Assembly (NCBI GenBank): GCA_016235455.1
Contig: JACRKZ010000107.1
Span: 1-51,699, forward strand
Source of the DNA: Armatimonadota bacterium
Lineage (GTDB): Bacteria; Armatimonadota; UBA10988
DNA length: 51,699 nt
Direction of reading: 5' to 3'
The stretch's first letter is position 1; each line of letters begins with the position of its first letter. Below, in pieces: positions 34,131 to 43,806 of the stretch. Below the pieces are notes generated by a model. It was not told the DNA's origin, made no database searches, and saw only the letters and a program-made list of their open reading frames with translations. A program made the translations under genes and the position numbers.

Positions 34131-36848
34131 ATGCTCATTCTGCCCATGCTGGCCGCCATCACGGCCGTCGCGCCTGTCACTGTCGTCGAGCCGCGCTGCG
34201 AAGGCCGGCGCGACCCGCTCGGCATCGACGCGCCGCGGCCCGCGCTGAGTTGGCAACTGCGCGCCGATGGCCGGCGCGACGTGCGCCAGACCGCCTATGA
34301 GATCCGCGCCGCGGGCCGCGCCGACGCGCTGGCCAAGCCCGATCTGTGGGCCAGCGGGCGCGTGGTGTCCCGTCAAAGCGTGGCGCTGCCGTGGGCCGGG
34401 CGGCCGCTGGGCAGTCGGCAGACCGTGTACTGGCAGGTGCGGGTCTGGACCGACAGCGCCCAGCCCACCGCCTGGAGCCCGCCCGCGCGGTTCGAGATGG
34501 GCCTGTTGCAGCCCGGCGACTGGCAGGGCAAGTGGCTCAACGATGGTCGCGCCACTCCCAAGGACGAGGCCGCGCAGTACGGCGACGATCCGGCCCCGCT
34601 GTTCCGCCGCGAGTTCGCCCTGCGCCAGGGCGTCGAGCGCGCACGGCTCTACATCACGGGGCTGGGCTACTACGAAGCCAGCCTCAACGGCGCGCGCGTG
34701 GGCGATCGGCTGCTGGATCCCGGCTGGACCACGCCGACCCAGCGCGTGCTGTACAGCACCTACGATGTCGCCGCGGCGCTGCGCCAGGGCCGCAACTGCC
34801 TGGGCGTGACGCTGGGCAACGGCTGGTACAACCCGCTGCCGCTGCGCCTGTGGGGGCATCTCAACCTGCGCGATCACCTGGCCCACGGCCGGCCGCGGCT
34901 GCTGGCGCAGCTCGAGATCACCCACGCTGACGGCAGTCGCCAGATCGTCGCCAGCGACCTGGACTGGAAGGTCGGCGACGGGCCGATCCTGCGCAACAAC
35001 GTCTACCTGGGCGAGGTCTATGACGCGCGCCGCGAGCAGGTGGGCTGGGACCAGCCGGGCTTCGCCGATGCCGTGTGGCGCACGCCAGCCGTGGCCACCG
35101 AGCCCGTCGGCGCCTTGCGCGCGGAAGCGCAGCCACCCATCCGCGCCACGGCCATCATGGTGCCACGGGCCGTCACCGAGCCCCGGCCGGGCGTCTATCT
35201 GTTCGACCTGGGCCGCAACTTCGGCGGCCTGGTCACGCTCCGGACGAATGCGCCCGCCGGCACGCGCCTCACGCTCCGCTATGGCGAGCTGGTGCGGCCC
35301 GACGGCACGCTGAACCCCATGACCAGCGTGGCCGGCCAGATCAAGGGCGTGCGGCAAGGCACCAACGAAAGCGTCGGCGGGCCCGGCGCGCCGCCGGTGG
35401 CCGAGCAGACCGACACTTACATTGCGCGCGGCGGCGAGCAGACCTACACGCCACGCTTCACGTTCCGGGCCTTCCGCTACCTGGAGGTCAGCGGCCTGCC
35501 CGCCAAGCCGCCGCTCGACGCCGTGGTCGGGCATCGACTGTGCGCCGATGTGCCGCGCGTGGGCTCGTTCGAGTGTTCCGAGCCGCTGCTCAACGAGATC
35601 CAGACGATGTGCGACTGGACCTTCCTGAGCAACCTGTTCAGCGTGCAGTCGGACTGCCCGCATCGCGAGCGCTTCGGCTACGGTGGCGACCTGGTGGCGA
35701 CCAGTGACGCTTTCATGGCCAACTACGACATGAGCGGCTTCTACGCCAAGGCCGCGCGCGACTGGGCCGATGCCGCGCGACCCGACGGCATGTTGACCGA
35801 TACGGCGCCGTTCGTGGGCATCCAGTACTGCGGCGTGCCCTGGGCCATGGCCCATCCGCTGCTGCTGCGCCAGCTCTATCAGTACTACGGCGACCGCGCG
35901 CTGGTCGAGGAGCAGTACGGCGTGGCGCGGCGCTGGCTGGAACTCGTGGCCAAGAAGTACCCCGGCCACATCGTCACCGACGGCCTGAGCGACCACGAAT
36001 CGCTGGCCGGCAGCCCCGCGCCGGAGCTGGTCACGCCGCACTACGCGCTGAGCGCGCGCATCCTGGCCGAACTGGCCGAGATCCTGGGCAAGCAGGACGA
36101 TGCGGCGCGCTACCGCCGGCTGCACGCCGACATCGCCGCCGCCTATCGCGCCAAGTTCATTGACGCGACGGGCAAGGTGGCGCCGGGCACGCAGGCGGCG
36201 CAGGCCGTCGCGTTGTGGACCGGCATGGTGCCCGACGCGCTGCGCGCGCAGACGCTGGCGCGGCTGACCGAGACCGTAGGTACAGCCAACAATCATCTGA
36301 CCACGGGCATTCTGGGCACGAAGTACATGCTTGACGAGCTGTCGCGCGGCGGGCGCGCCGACCTGGCCGCGACGGTGGTGCGCCAGACCGACTTCCCCGG
36401 CTGGGGCAACATGCTGTCGAAAGGGGCGACCACGCTGTGGGAACACTGGGCCGGCAGCGACAACACGTTCTCCAACAACCACCCGATGTTCGGCTCGGTG
36501 AGCGGCTGGTTCCAGCACTGGCTGGGTGGCATCCAGGTCGCGCCCGACGCCGTGGCGGCCGACAGGCTGTGGATCCGGCCGCAGCCCGTTCCAGGGCTGG
36601 CCTGGGTGCGCTGTCGCTGGGACTCGCCCTTCGGGCCGGTGATCAGCTCGTGGCGCAATGAAGGGGGGCGCTTCACGCTGGATCTCGACATCCCGCCGGG
36701 CGCGACGGCGACGGTGACCGTGCCGAGCGACGATGCGCGTATGGTCACCGAAAGCGGGCGGCCGTTCGATGCCGGCACGCTGGTGGGGTCGGGGCACTAC
36801 ACGTTCACCGCGCCGCTGGCCGCAAGTCGCAGGCCGCCCCCCCTGTAG
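34131..36848 (+). CDS. Alpha-L-rhamnosidase (GH78)
   Basis: PLGID.PRPALSW, PLFRREF, GEVYDAR, FDLGRNFGG, PRFTFRAFRY, SDCPHRERFGYGGD, GATTLWEHW, SNNHPMFG. Confidence 0.95.
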   Translation: MLILPMLAAITAVAPVTVVEPRCEGRRDPLGIDAPRPALSWQLRADGRRDVRQTAYEIRAAGRADALAKPDLWASGRVVSRQSVALPWAGRPLGSRQTVYWQVRVWTDSAQPTAWSPPARFEMGLLQPGDWQGKWLNDGRATPKDEAAQYGDDPAPLFRREFALRQGVERARLYITGLGYYEASLNGARVGDRLLDPGWTTPTQRVLYSTYDVAAALRQGRNCLGVTLGNGWYNPLPLRLWGHLNLRDHLAHGRPRLLAQLEITHADGSRQIVASDLDWKVGDGPILRNNVYLGEVYDARREQVGWDQPGFADAVWRTPAVATEPVGALRAEAQPPIRATAIMVPRAVTEPRPGVYLFDLGRNFGGLVTLRTNAPAGTRLTLRYGELVRPDGTLNPMTSVAGQIKGVRQGTNESVGGPGAPPVAEQTDTYIARGGEQTYTPRFTFRAFRYLEVSGLPAKPPLDAVVGHRLCADVPRVGSFECSEPLLNEIQTMCDWTFLSNLFSVQSDCPHRERFGYGGDLVATSDAFMANYDMSGFYAKAARDWADAARPDGMLTDTAPFVGIQYCGVPWAMAHPLLLRQLYQYYGDRALVEEQYGVARRWLELVAKKYPGHIVTDGLSDHESLAGSPAPELVTPHYALSARILAELAEILGKQDDAARYRRLHADIAAAYRAKFIDATGKVAPGTQAAQAVALWTGMVPDALRAQTLARLTETVGTANNHLTTGILGTKYMLDELSRGGRADLAATVVRQTDFPGWGNMLSKGATTLWEHWAGSDNTFSNNHPMFGSVSGWFQHWLGGIQVAPDAVAADRLWIRPQPVPGLAWVRCRWDSPFGPVISSWRNEGGRFTLDLDIPPGATATVTVPSDDARMVTESGRPFDAGTLVGSGHYTFTAPLAASRRPPPL

Positions 36849-36915
36849 TCCCCCCGCGAGCGGGGGGACGGCTTTGTGGCTCCCTCCCCGCTCGCGGGCA
36901 GGGCTGGGGTGGGGG
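36837..36915 (+). repeat. Family A palindromic doublet repeat, copy 4; contains the GH78 stop codon
   Basis: CCCCCCCTGTAGTCCCCCCGCGAGCGGGGGGAC...TCCCTCCCCGCTCGCGGGCAGGGCTGGGGTGGGGG. Confidence 0.9.
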
Positions 36916-36955
36916 CCGCCCCCGACCACTCAGCGCACCCAGACAGGAGCTCCCT

Positions 36956-38720
36956 ATGGCGATACGCGTTCTGCTGCTGCTCGCCGCGACCGCCGCCAGC
37001 GCCGCCGACCTCGACCTCCAGGCCCGCCTCGACCAGGCTGTCGCCGCCGGCCAGCGGGAGGTGACCATCGCGCCCGGCGTCTACCGGCTCACGCCGCCCA
37101 AGCCCGTGGGGCCGCATCTCAAGCTCTACGGGGTCAACGGCCTGACCATCCGGGCCGAGGGCGTGACGTTGGTCTGCACCACGCTCAACACCGCGCTGTG
37201 GCTTGAGAAGTGTCGCAATGTACGGGTCATCGGCCCGACCATCGACTACGACCCGCTGCCCCAGACCCAAGGCACCATCGTCGCGTTGTCGCCCGACCAT
37301 CGGTTGACGGACGTGCGCCTCCACACCGGCTACCCCGCGCCGAACCTGCGTCCGCCGGGCCAGGCCGGGCATCTGTGGGTGGCCGACGCGGCCACGCGCC
37401 GCATCAAGCCGGGCGTCTTCAACCGCGGCTACCAGGCGCTGACCGACCTGGGCAACGGGGTGTGGCGGCTCGACCATGGCCACGCCATCCCCGACACGGC
37501 TGCCGTGGGCGACCTGATCCGTCTGGTGCAGAACTGGCAATCGCCCCACGCGGTGCTGCTGCACCTCAACGACGGTGTGACGCTGGAGAACGTGACTATC
37601 GCGTCCGCGCCCGGCTTCGGCATCGTCGACCGGCGCAGCACGGGCGGTGTGTTTCGGGGCGTGCGCATCGTGCCCGGCCCGCCGCCGGCGGGTGCCAGCG
37701 AGCCGCGGCTGTTCTCGTCGTGGGCGGATGGGCTCAATGTGGCGGGCTGCCGCGTCGGCCCGCGCATCGAGAGCTGTTCATTCGAGGGCACCGGCGACGA
37801 CGCCATCGCCGTGTACAACGAGTCCAACCTCGTGGCGCGCGCCGCGGCGGGCAGCGAGGTGGTGCTCGGCCTGACGCAGTACTCGCCGACCTGGCAGGTG
37901 GGCGATCGCGCGCGGCTGTTCGGGTACCGTGATGGCACGACCTCCGACCGCACCGTGACCGCGGTCGCGCCGGCGACGGTCACGCGCGAGGAGCTGCAGC
38001 CCATCCACGCCGCTAGTTTGCCCCGGGTGGATGCCGGCCACTTCGCCCAGGGCGCTGTTCGACTGACGCTGGATGGGTCGGCGGAGCTGGCGGCGGGCGA
38101 CATCGCGGTCAACTGGAGCTGCCGTGGCGCAGGCTTCCGCATTGTCGACAATACCGTCGTCAACGGCGGCTCGCGCGGCATCGTGGCCAACATGAGCGGC
38201 GGCGAGGTGCGCGGCAACCGCATAACGCACACCGTGCTGTGCGGCATTCACCTGTTTGCCTTCGCGCATGACGAAGGCGGCTCGAGCTTCCAGGAGGATG
38301 TGACCATCGCCGACAACGAGGTGGCGGAGTCGTGCGTGACGCGCCCGCAACGCGATGTGTGGCAGGGCGCCATCAGCGTCGTCAACTGGGACCGCGACTG
38401 GCCCGCGGTGGCCCGCGGCGGACGGCCATCGCAACATCCGCATCACCGGCAACACCGTTGGCGACGCCTATGGCCTGAACCTCCAGGTGACCGGCGCTTC
38501 GGGGCTGACCATCACCGACAACACCTTCCGAGACACGCACCGCGAGCCGCTTGGGCCAACCGGGCCGCGGCGCGTGGAGCTGGCGGCGCTGGTGCTGCTC
38601 GACCATGTCACCGGCGCGCGGCTGGCGGGCAACCGCGTGGTCGGGCTGGGGCCGCACGCAGACCGCGGCCGACTGCTGGTGCAGACGGGCGGGACGAGCG
38701 GGGTGGAGGGCGGGTTGTAG
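36956..38720 (+). pseudogene. Secreted right-handed beta-helix protein (GH110-like), frameshifted by a 10-bp duplication
   Basis: Signal peptide; IDYDPLPQTQGTI, RLFSSWADG, FEGTGDDAI. TGGCCCGCGG is duplicated at 38399-38418; removing one copy joins ...RDWP to AADGHRNIRITGN...EGGL* and gives 584 aa. Confidence 0.8.
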
Positions 38721-38772
38721 GCCCTTCGCCGTTCGTTCGGCCGAGCGTGGCATGGCCACGGGGCGCGGGCGT

Positions 38773-41076
38773 CTACTTGACTGCATGCACCTGCACCGCG
38801 TCGCAGTGCACCATGCCCTGTGCGCCGGCGGCCGTCAGCAATACCCACGCCGGCCGGCCGGCCTCGAAGCGGAACCGACCCAACGAGCCGAACCCGCGGC
38901 CGGCGGTCGCCGCCTTGGTCTGGTCCACGGTAGCCTGTCGCTCGCCCTCGGCCGTGAGAATGGTCACCGGCAGGGCCTTGGCGCGGTTCTCATGCGGGCG
39001 CCAGGCCAGCCGCACCTCATAGGTGCCCGACTGGGGCACATCAAACCGGAACCGCGCCGTGGCCGTGGCATCGCTGGTGAAGACGTAGCCATCGTTGACA
39101 TAGCCCTCCAAGCCGCCGGTGCCCGACCATTTGCCGGTCAGTTCGGCCTGCAGGTCATCGACCACGATCCCCGGCAGGCTGGCCGGGTCGATGCCCGTGC
39201 CGAAGAAGGTCTGGATTTTGGCGCCCGGCGGCAGCGTGAGCGCGTCGTCGAGCGTGGTGCGGCGCAACGCGCCCGGCTGCTGGAGCAGTCCCTTCAGGCC
39301 CTCGAGTTGCGTCTCGTAGACCCCGCGCGGCGTGGTGTCATGCCGCACGCACAGGTAAGCCGCGCGGCCCACGACTTCGCCCATCATGCCCGTTGTGCGC
39401 ATCACCCGCACCGCGCCGAGCGCCTCGTGCGTCACGCTGATGTCGCGACCCGCCATGAACAGGTTGGCGATGTTGCGGCTGTACAGGGCGCGGTAAGGCA
39501 CCCAGTAGGCGCCCTCATAGGTGTAGTCTTTGCCTCCGGTGCAGACAGAGATGAACTCGGTGCCTTGTTGGCCCTGGTTGTAGTCGGGGCTGGGCGTGTG
39601 CACATCGATCGGCCAGGTGCAAGGGAAGCTGGCGTCCGGATAGACCTTGCCCGTCCGGAAGTCGTCGGCCTGCACCTGCACATCGCCCAGCAGCCGCCGC
39701 GACTCGCGCTTGCCCGCGATGTAGGCCGCCCAGCCCAGGCGATGGTTCGGGTAGAGATGGTCGACGTTCTTCAGCGCGTCCCAGGCACCGTACATGGCGC
39801 GGAAGTTGTTGTCGCGAATGTACTCCGTCTCCGTGGCCTGGTCGCGGTTGAAGCCGCTCTCCCAGAACCAGCCGCCCAGGCTGCCTAAGCCCGACGGCGA
39901 GCCCTGGCTGACACGGCCGGCCCGGCCGGGAAACGGCTTGTCGGACAGGTCGATGGCCCACGGGCAGCGCGGGAACGGCGCGGCCACCTGGCCCTGTTGC
40001 ACCGCAACCGTCAGCGCCTCCTTGTCCTTGCACTCGCAGCGCAACACCTGCGCCGGGTCGGACTGGTCGATGGGCCACCACAGGTTGGTCGAGCCCATGA
40101 CGCTCTCTTTGTTGACCTCATAATCGGCGCCGGCCAGGTAGCCCACGGTGCCGTCGCCGGTGCAGTCGGCAAACAGCCGGCCGCGCACGCGGACGCGTCG
40201 GGCGCTGCGGATGTGTTGTGCGATGACCGCCTCGACGCGGCCGGCGCGCGCTTCGACGGCGTTGACATGCTGCTCGAGCAGCAGCGTGATGCGCGGTTCG
40301 GCCGCCACCACCGCGGCGCGCTGGGCGTCGTTGGCGTCGATCTCCTTGACGATGTCGCCCACATGCCGCCATGGCGGTCGGTTGGTGCGGCCGGCGGGTC
40401 CAACGCGGACCTCGCGACTGGCATTGCCGCCGAGCACCGGGCGATCCCCGATGAGCGCGACACGCAGGCCCTGCCGCGCGGCCGAGACCGCCGCGGCGAT
40501 GCCGGCCAGGCCACCGCCGACCACCACCAGGTCGTAGCTGCCGCCATCGTCGGGCTGCGCGGGCAGGCCCAACGCGGTGCGCCGCCAGGTGGCCAGCGCC
40601 TCCTTGACCTCGGGCGGCACAAAGCCCTGGTCGGCCGACAGCACCACGGCATCGCAGCGGCCCTCGAAGCCGGTCAGGTCGTGCAACGCCAGACGCGCCT
40701 CGGCGCCCAGCGCCACGGTGCCGCCGTCCTGCCAGTGCCAGTCGGCGCCCTCGGTACCGAATGTGGTGGCCAGAGGCCGGCCATCGACCAGTATCTGGAA
40801 CCGACCGGGCGCGCCCGGCGCCTTCCACGGCGCCACCCAATCGCGCGTGCGCGCCCACAGGTGCCAGGTGCCCGCGCGCGGCAGCTTGACGCTGGTGACC
40901 GCGTCGCGCACCGGCACGCCGAGGCCGTGCGCCAGCATGTAGGGCGAGCCCATGGTGTCCATCGACTGCTGGTCCAGGTCCCAGCCGCCGAGGTCGGCGA
41001 ACTGCTCGGCCTCCAGCAGGACGGTCTGGGCGGCCAGCGGGCAGAGGGTGAGCAGCAGGATCAGGATAGGCTTCAT
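38773..41076 (-). CDS. Secreted FAD-dependent oxidoreductase (FAD_oxidored type) with N- and C-terminal CBM-like modules
   Basis: Signal MKPILILLL; DLVVVGGGLAG, VLGGNASREV, DCTGDG, KRESRRLLGD, PYRALYSRNIANLFMAGRDIS, RVMRTTGMMGE; C-terminal IVVDD...DAV module. Confidence 0.88.
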   Translation of the reverse strand: MKPILILLLTLCPLAAQTVLLEAEQFADLGGWDLDQQSMDTMGSPYMLAHGLGVPVRDAVTSVKLPRAGTWHLWARTRDWVAPWKAPGAPGRFQILVDGRPLATTFGTEGADWHWQDGGTVALGAEARLALHDLTGFEGRCDAVVLSADQGFVPPEVKEALATWRRTALGLPAQPDDGGSYDLVVVGGGLAGIAAAVSAARQGLRVALIGDRPVLGGNASREVRVGPAGRTNRPPWRHVGDIVKEIDANDAQRAAVVAAEPRITLLLEQHVNAVEARAGRVEAVIAQHIRSARRVRVRGRLFADCTGDGTVGYLAGADYEVNKESVMGSTNLWWPIDQSDPAQVLRCECKDKEALTVAVQQGQVAAPFPRCPWAIDLSDKPFPGRAGRVSQGSPSGLGSLGGWFWESGFNRDQATETEYIRDNNFRAMYGAWDALKNVDHLYPNHRLGWAAYIAGKRESRRLLGDVQVQADDFRTGKVYPDASFPCTWPIDVHTPSPDYNQGQQGTEFISVCTGGKDYTYEGAYWVPYRALYSRNIANLFMAGRDISVTHEALGAVRVMRTTGMMGEVVGRAAYLCVRHDTTPRGVYETQLEGLKGLLQQPGALRRTTLDDALTLPPGAKIQTFFGTGIDPASLPGIVVDDLQAELTGKWSGTGGLEGYVNDGYVFTSDATATARFRFDVPQSGTYEVRLAWRPHENRAKALPVTILTAEGERQATVDQTKAATAGRGFGSLGRFRFEAGRPAWVLLTAAGAQGMVHCDAVQVHAVK

Positions 41077-41133
41077 GGCGCGTCTCGTGGCAGATAGGGT
41101 AGCGCGCGCGCGGTCGAACCTCAAGGGGCGGAA

Positions 41134-41697
41134 CTACGGAAGACCCGCTTGCTCGCGCTGCTCACGCCGGAACTCCCACGGTGCCTGGGGCGCGGGCCTG
41201 GCCCACAGCCCGCGACGGGCGGAGCGCGCGCTGGTCTCGGCCTCTTGCAGCGCCGTGTCACGCAGGGCATGCTCGCGGTACCACCAGGCCAGGCCCTCCT
41301 CGACCAGCGTTGTGCCCAGGTCGCGGCCGTCCGCCAGCCGGACCCGCGCCACGACCCGGCCGTAGCGGTCCAGTTCGCGCGGCAACACGTCCACCGCGCG
41401 GCCCAGCACCAGTTGCCGGGCCCGCGTGCGCGCCCCGGGGCCGAAGGGCTGCTTGAGCTCTGGGCAGTCGATGCCGTCGAGCCTGATGGCCAGGTCTTCG
41501 CCGAACCGGCGGACGCGTATGGTGTCGCCGTCGTGCACGCGCACGCAGCGGCCGTGCCAGGCTTCGGGCAGGCGGCGGCGCGGCGCGTCGGTCGGCGGCG
41601 GCCCGGCGGCGGGTGGCGTGACCAACCGCACCACGCCGTAGGCCAGCGCGGCCACCAGGGCGGCCCGAGTTACGGTTCGCCAACGTTCAGACATCAT
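41134..41697 (-). CDS. Thermonuclease (staphylococcal nuclease-like) family protein
   Basis: N-terminal TM; VHDGDTI, IRLDGIDCPE, QPFG, DRYGR, GLAWWY, ARRGLW. Confidence 0.93.
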   Translation of the reverse strand: MMSERWRTVTRAALVAALAYGVVRLVTPPAAGPPPTDAPRRRLPEAWHGRCVRVHDGDTIRVRRFGEDLAIRLDGIDCPELKQPFGPGARTRARQLVLGRAVDVLPRELDRYGRVVARVRLADGRDLGTTLVEEGLAWWYREHALRDTALQEAETSARSARRGLWARPAPQAPWEFRREQREQAGLP

Positions 41698-41758
41698 CGC
41701 CCCCTGCCAGCCGGCATTGGCTGGCGCGGGGCCACCTTCCTTCCCTCGCTCCGTGACG

Positions 41759-41764
41759 TATAAT
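41759..41764 (+). promoter_or_regulatory. Putative sigma70 -10 box
   Basis: Perfect TATAAT 22 nt upstream of the ATG at 41787, in a high-GC background. No clear -35. Confidence 0.4.
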
Positions 41765-41786
41765 CGATGAAAGGCTGGAGAGCGTC

Positions 41787-43469
41787 ATGCGTCTGTCGCT
41801 GGGTCGCACCTGGCTGGTGCTGTGTACGTGCTGGCTGCTGAGCGCCTGTACCGCCGATGCCCAGGTGACGCGGGCGATCACCTTCACCACCGAAGGTGAC
41901 TCGTTCGCGCCGGTGCTGGTGGTCGAGGGCACGCCCGCCATCGAATGGACATGGTCGGACGGGGGCACGAGCCGCGAGGCGCGGCCGACCAAGCGTTTCG
42001 GCACCGCGGCCAGGCGTACGCACGCGCTGCGGGTCACGCCGTGGAGCGCGCTGCGCCGCATCAACATCGGTTACGACGCGGGCGATGGCGGCTCGGGCGA
42101 GATTGAGCGGGTGCCCGACCAGCATGTCTCCGCGGTCACCGGCCTGGAACTGGTGGCGCCCACACTGGGCCAGTGGTGTTCGTCGTACAACCAGATCCCG
42201 TCGCTCGAGTTCGTCAACTTCGCTCAGCTCGACACCATCGAGTGCTTCCTCTCGGGCAAGCTGACCAGCGTGACGTTGCGCAACCTGCCCCGGCTGAAGC
42301 GGGCCTGCTTCGAGGACTGCGACCTGCGCGAACTGGACTTGACCCAGTGCCCCGCGCTGGAGGATCTGCGCGGCGCGCAGAACGCGTACTCGACCATCGC
42401 CTTTGGCCGCATCGGCGCCCAGGTATGGCACATCTGCGTGCGCGACAACCCGCAGATGACGGACCAGAAGGTGTTTGCCGACCTGGCCCAGTTCCCGCGC
42501 ATCTCCGAGTTGTTCATCTGGAACGACAACCAGGCGGGCAGCATCCGCATCCCCGCCACGCATCCCGAGAACGGCGTGGCGCTGCTGGCCGATGGCAACC
42601 ACTACGAGAGCCTGGACCTGTCCGGCGCGCTGCGCAACGCCAAGTCAACGGCCTCCGTCGCCTTCCGTGGCAATCGCTTGCGTCAAGTCAAGCTCGACGG
42701 CTGCGTGCAGATCACCGAACTGATGCTGGAGAACAACCTGTTGCCGGCCGAGCAGGTGGATGCGCTGCTGGTGGCCATGGACAAGCTCGGCCGGGGGCGT
42801 GAGAACATCCCCGACTGGACCAAGCCGCGCATCGACCTTCGCGGCAACGCGGCGCCCGGCGAGGCGGGTAGGGCAGCCATGGCGCGGCTGGCGGCCAAGG
42901 GCTGGACGGTCGCTGCCTCGGACCGCACGGTCCAGCCGCCGCCGCCGCCGAACACCGGCGAGACACGCATCGACTTCGTGACCGTCGGCGACGCCACGCA
43001 CCTGCGCTGCGACTTCGACGCCTCGGCCAGCGCCACCTGGCACTGGTCGGACGGCACCACCGCTCCGGCCGCCTCGGGCGCCGCGGTGGCCAGGACCGGG
43101 CTGGGCCAGGGCGAACACGCGGCCTGGCTGGTGATCAGCAACGGTGCCGCCCTGACTCGCTTCGGTGCGGCCGACGGCGGCGGGCAGGGCCACCTGACGG
43201 CCATCCGCGGGCTGGAGAAGGCACCGGCGCTGGCCATCCTCTATGTGTACAACGAGGGCGAGTTGAAGACCCTGGCCCGTACCAGCCAGACGCGGATCCG
43301 CGAGTACCACCTGCTGGGCACCGCGCTGTCGCTCGAGCGCTGCGACCAGGTGTATGCGGATCTCGTGGCGTCGGGCGTGCGCAACGGCACCATCTGGTGC
43401 GCCAAGGGCACGCCGGCCAGCGACGCCGACCGCGCCAAGGCCGCCGAACGGGGCTGGAACCTGAACTGA
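41787..43469 (+). CDS. Probable lipoprotein with leucine-rich repeats and a duplicated cap module
   Basis: Lipobox LSAC; LRR-like LTSVTLRNLPRLK, LRELDLTQCPALEDL, LRQVKLDGCVQITELMLENN. Confidence 0.7.
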   Translation: MRLSLGRTWLVLCTCWLLSACTADAQVTRAITFTTEGDSFAPVLVVEGTPAIEWTWSDGGTSREARPTKRFGTAARRTHALRVTPWSALRRINIGYDAGDGGSGEIERVPDQHVSAVTGLELVAPTLGQWCSSYNQIPSLEFVNFAQLDTIECFLSGKLTSVTLRNLPRLKRACFEDCDLRELDLTQCPALEDLRGAQNAYSTIAFGRIGAQVWHICVRDNPQMTDQKVFADLAQFPRISELFIWNDNQAGSIRIPATHPENGVALLADGNHYESLDLSGALRNAKSTASVAFRGNRLRQVKLDGCVQITELMLENNLLPAEQVDALLVAMDKLGRGRENIPDWTKPRIDLRGNAAPGEAGRAAMARLAAKGWTVAASDRTVQPPPPPNTGETRIDFVTVGDATHLRCDFDASASATWHWSDGTTAPAASGAAVARTGLGQGEHAAWLVISNGAALTRFGAADGGGQGHLTAIRGLEKAPALAILYVYNEGELKTLARTSQTRIREYHLLGTALSLERCDQVYADLVASGVRNGTIWCAKGTPASDADRAKAAERGWNLN

Positions 43470-43806
43470 ACCCGCGGGCAGCCCGCAGCGCCGAGACGCA
43501 GAGGGCTTCGTTCTCGGCCTTGCGGCCCTCGCGTCGTCGCGCCACGACACCAGCGGATGCGCACGCCGCGTCGAACGCATCCCGAGTCGGCGCCTCGCCG
43601 TACGACCTGTCCCCCCACACGCCACGGCAAACGACGTGCGTTGCCTGGCCCTCACCACCCCATGCTGCATTTACGACTTCGTTATCTGTTGGTCGGGAAA
43701 TCCTCTAGATATCCAGAATCGGGAGTGCTACCCTCCGGGGTAGCGACAGTCCATAAGTGGATATACAAGTCGTGATTAGCGGGCAGGTCGTCCGAGGAGG
43801 TGCGCT

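Noticed and set aside
38721-39022. C-terminal part of the 688-aa ORF as real protein
   Set aside because: It is an out-of-frame product of the 10-bp duplication and overlaps the FAD oxidoreductase on the other strand.
41134-41697. Thermonuclease or the EEP nuclease as part of a defence system
   Set aside because: Both are ordinary exported or membrane-anchored families with no defence-associated partners nearby.
43470-43545. Degenerate palindromic repeat after the LRR gene
   Set aside because: Complementarity is too imperfect to define arms by eye, and there is no second copy in the window.
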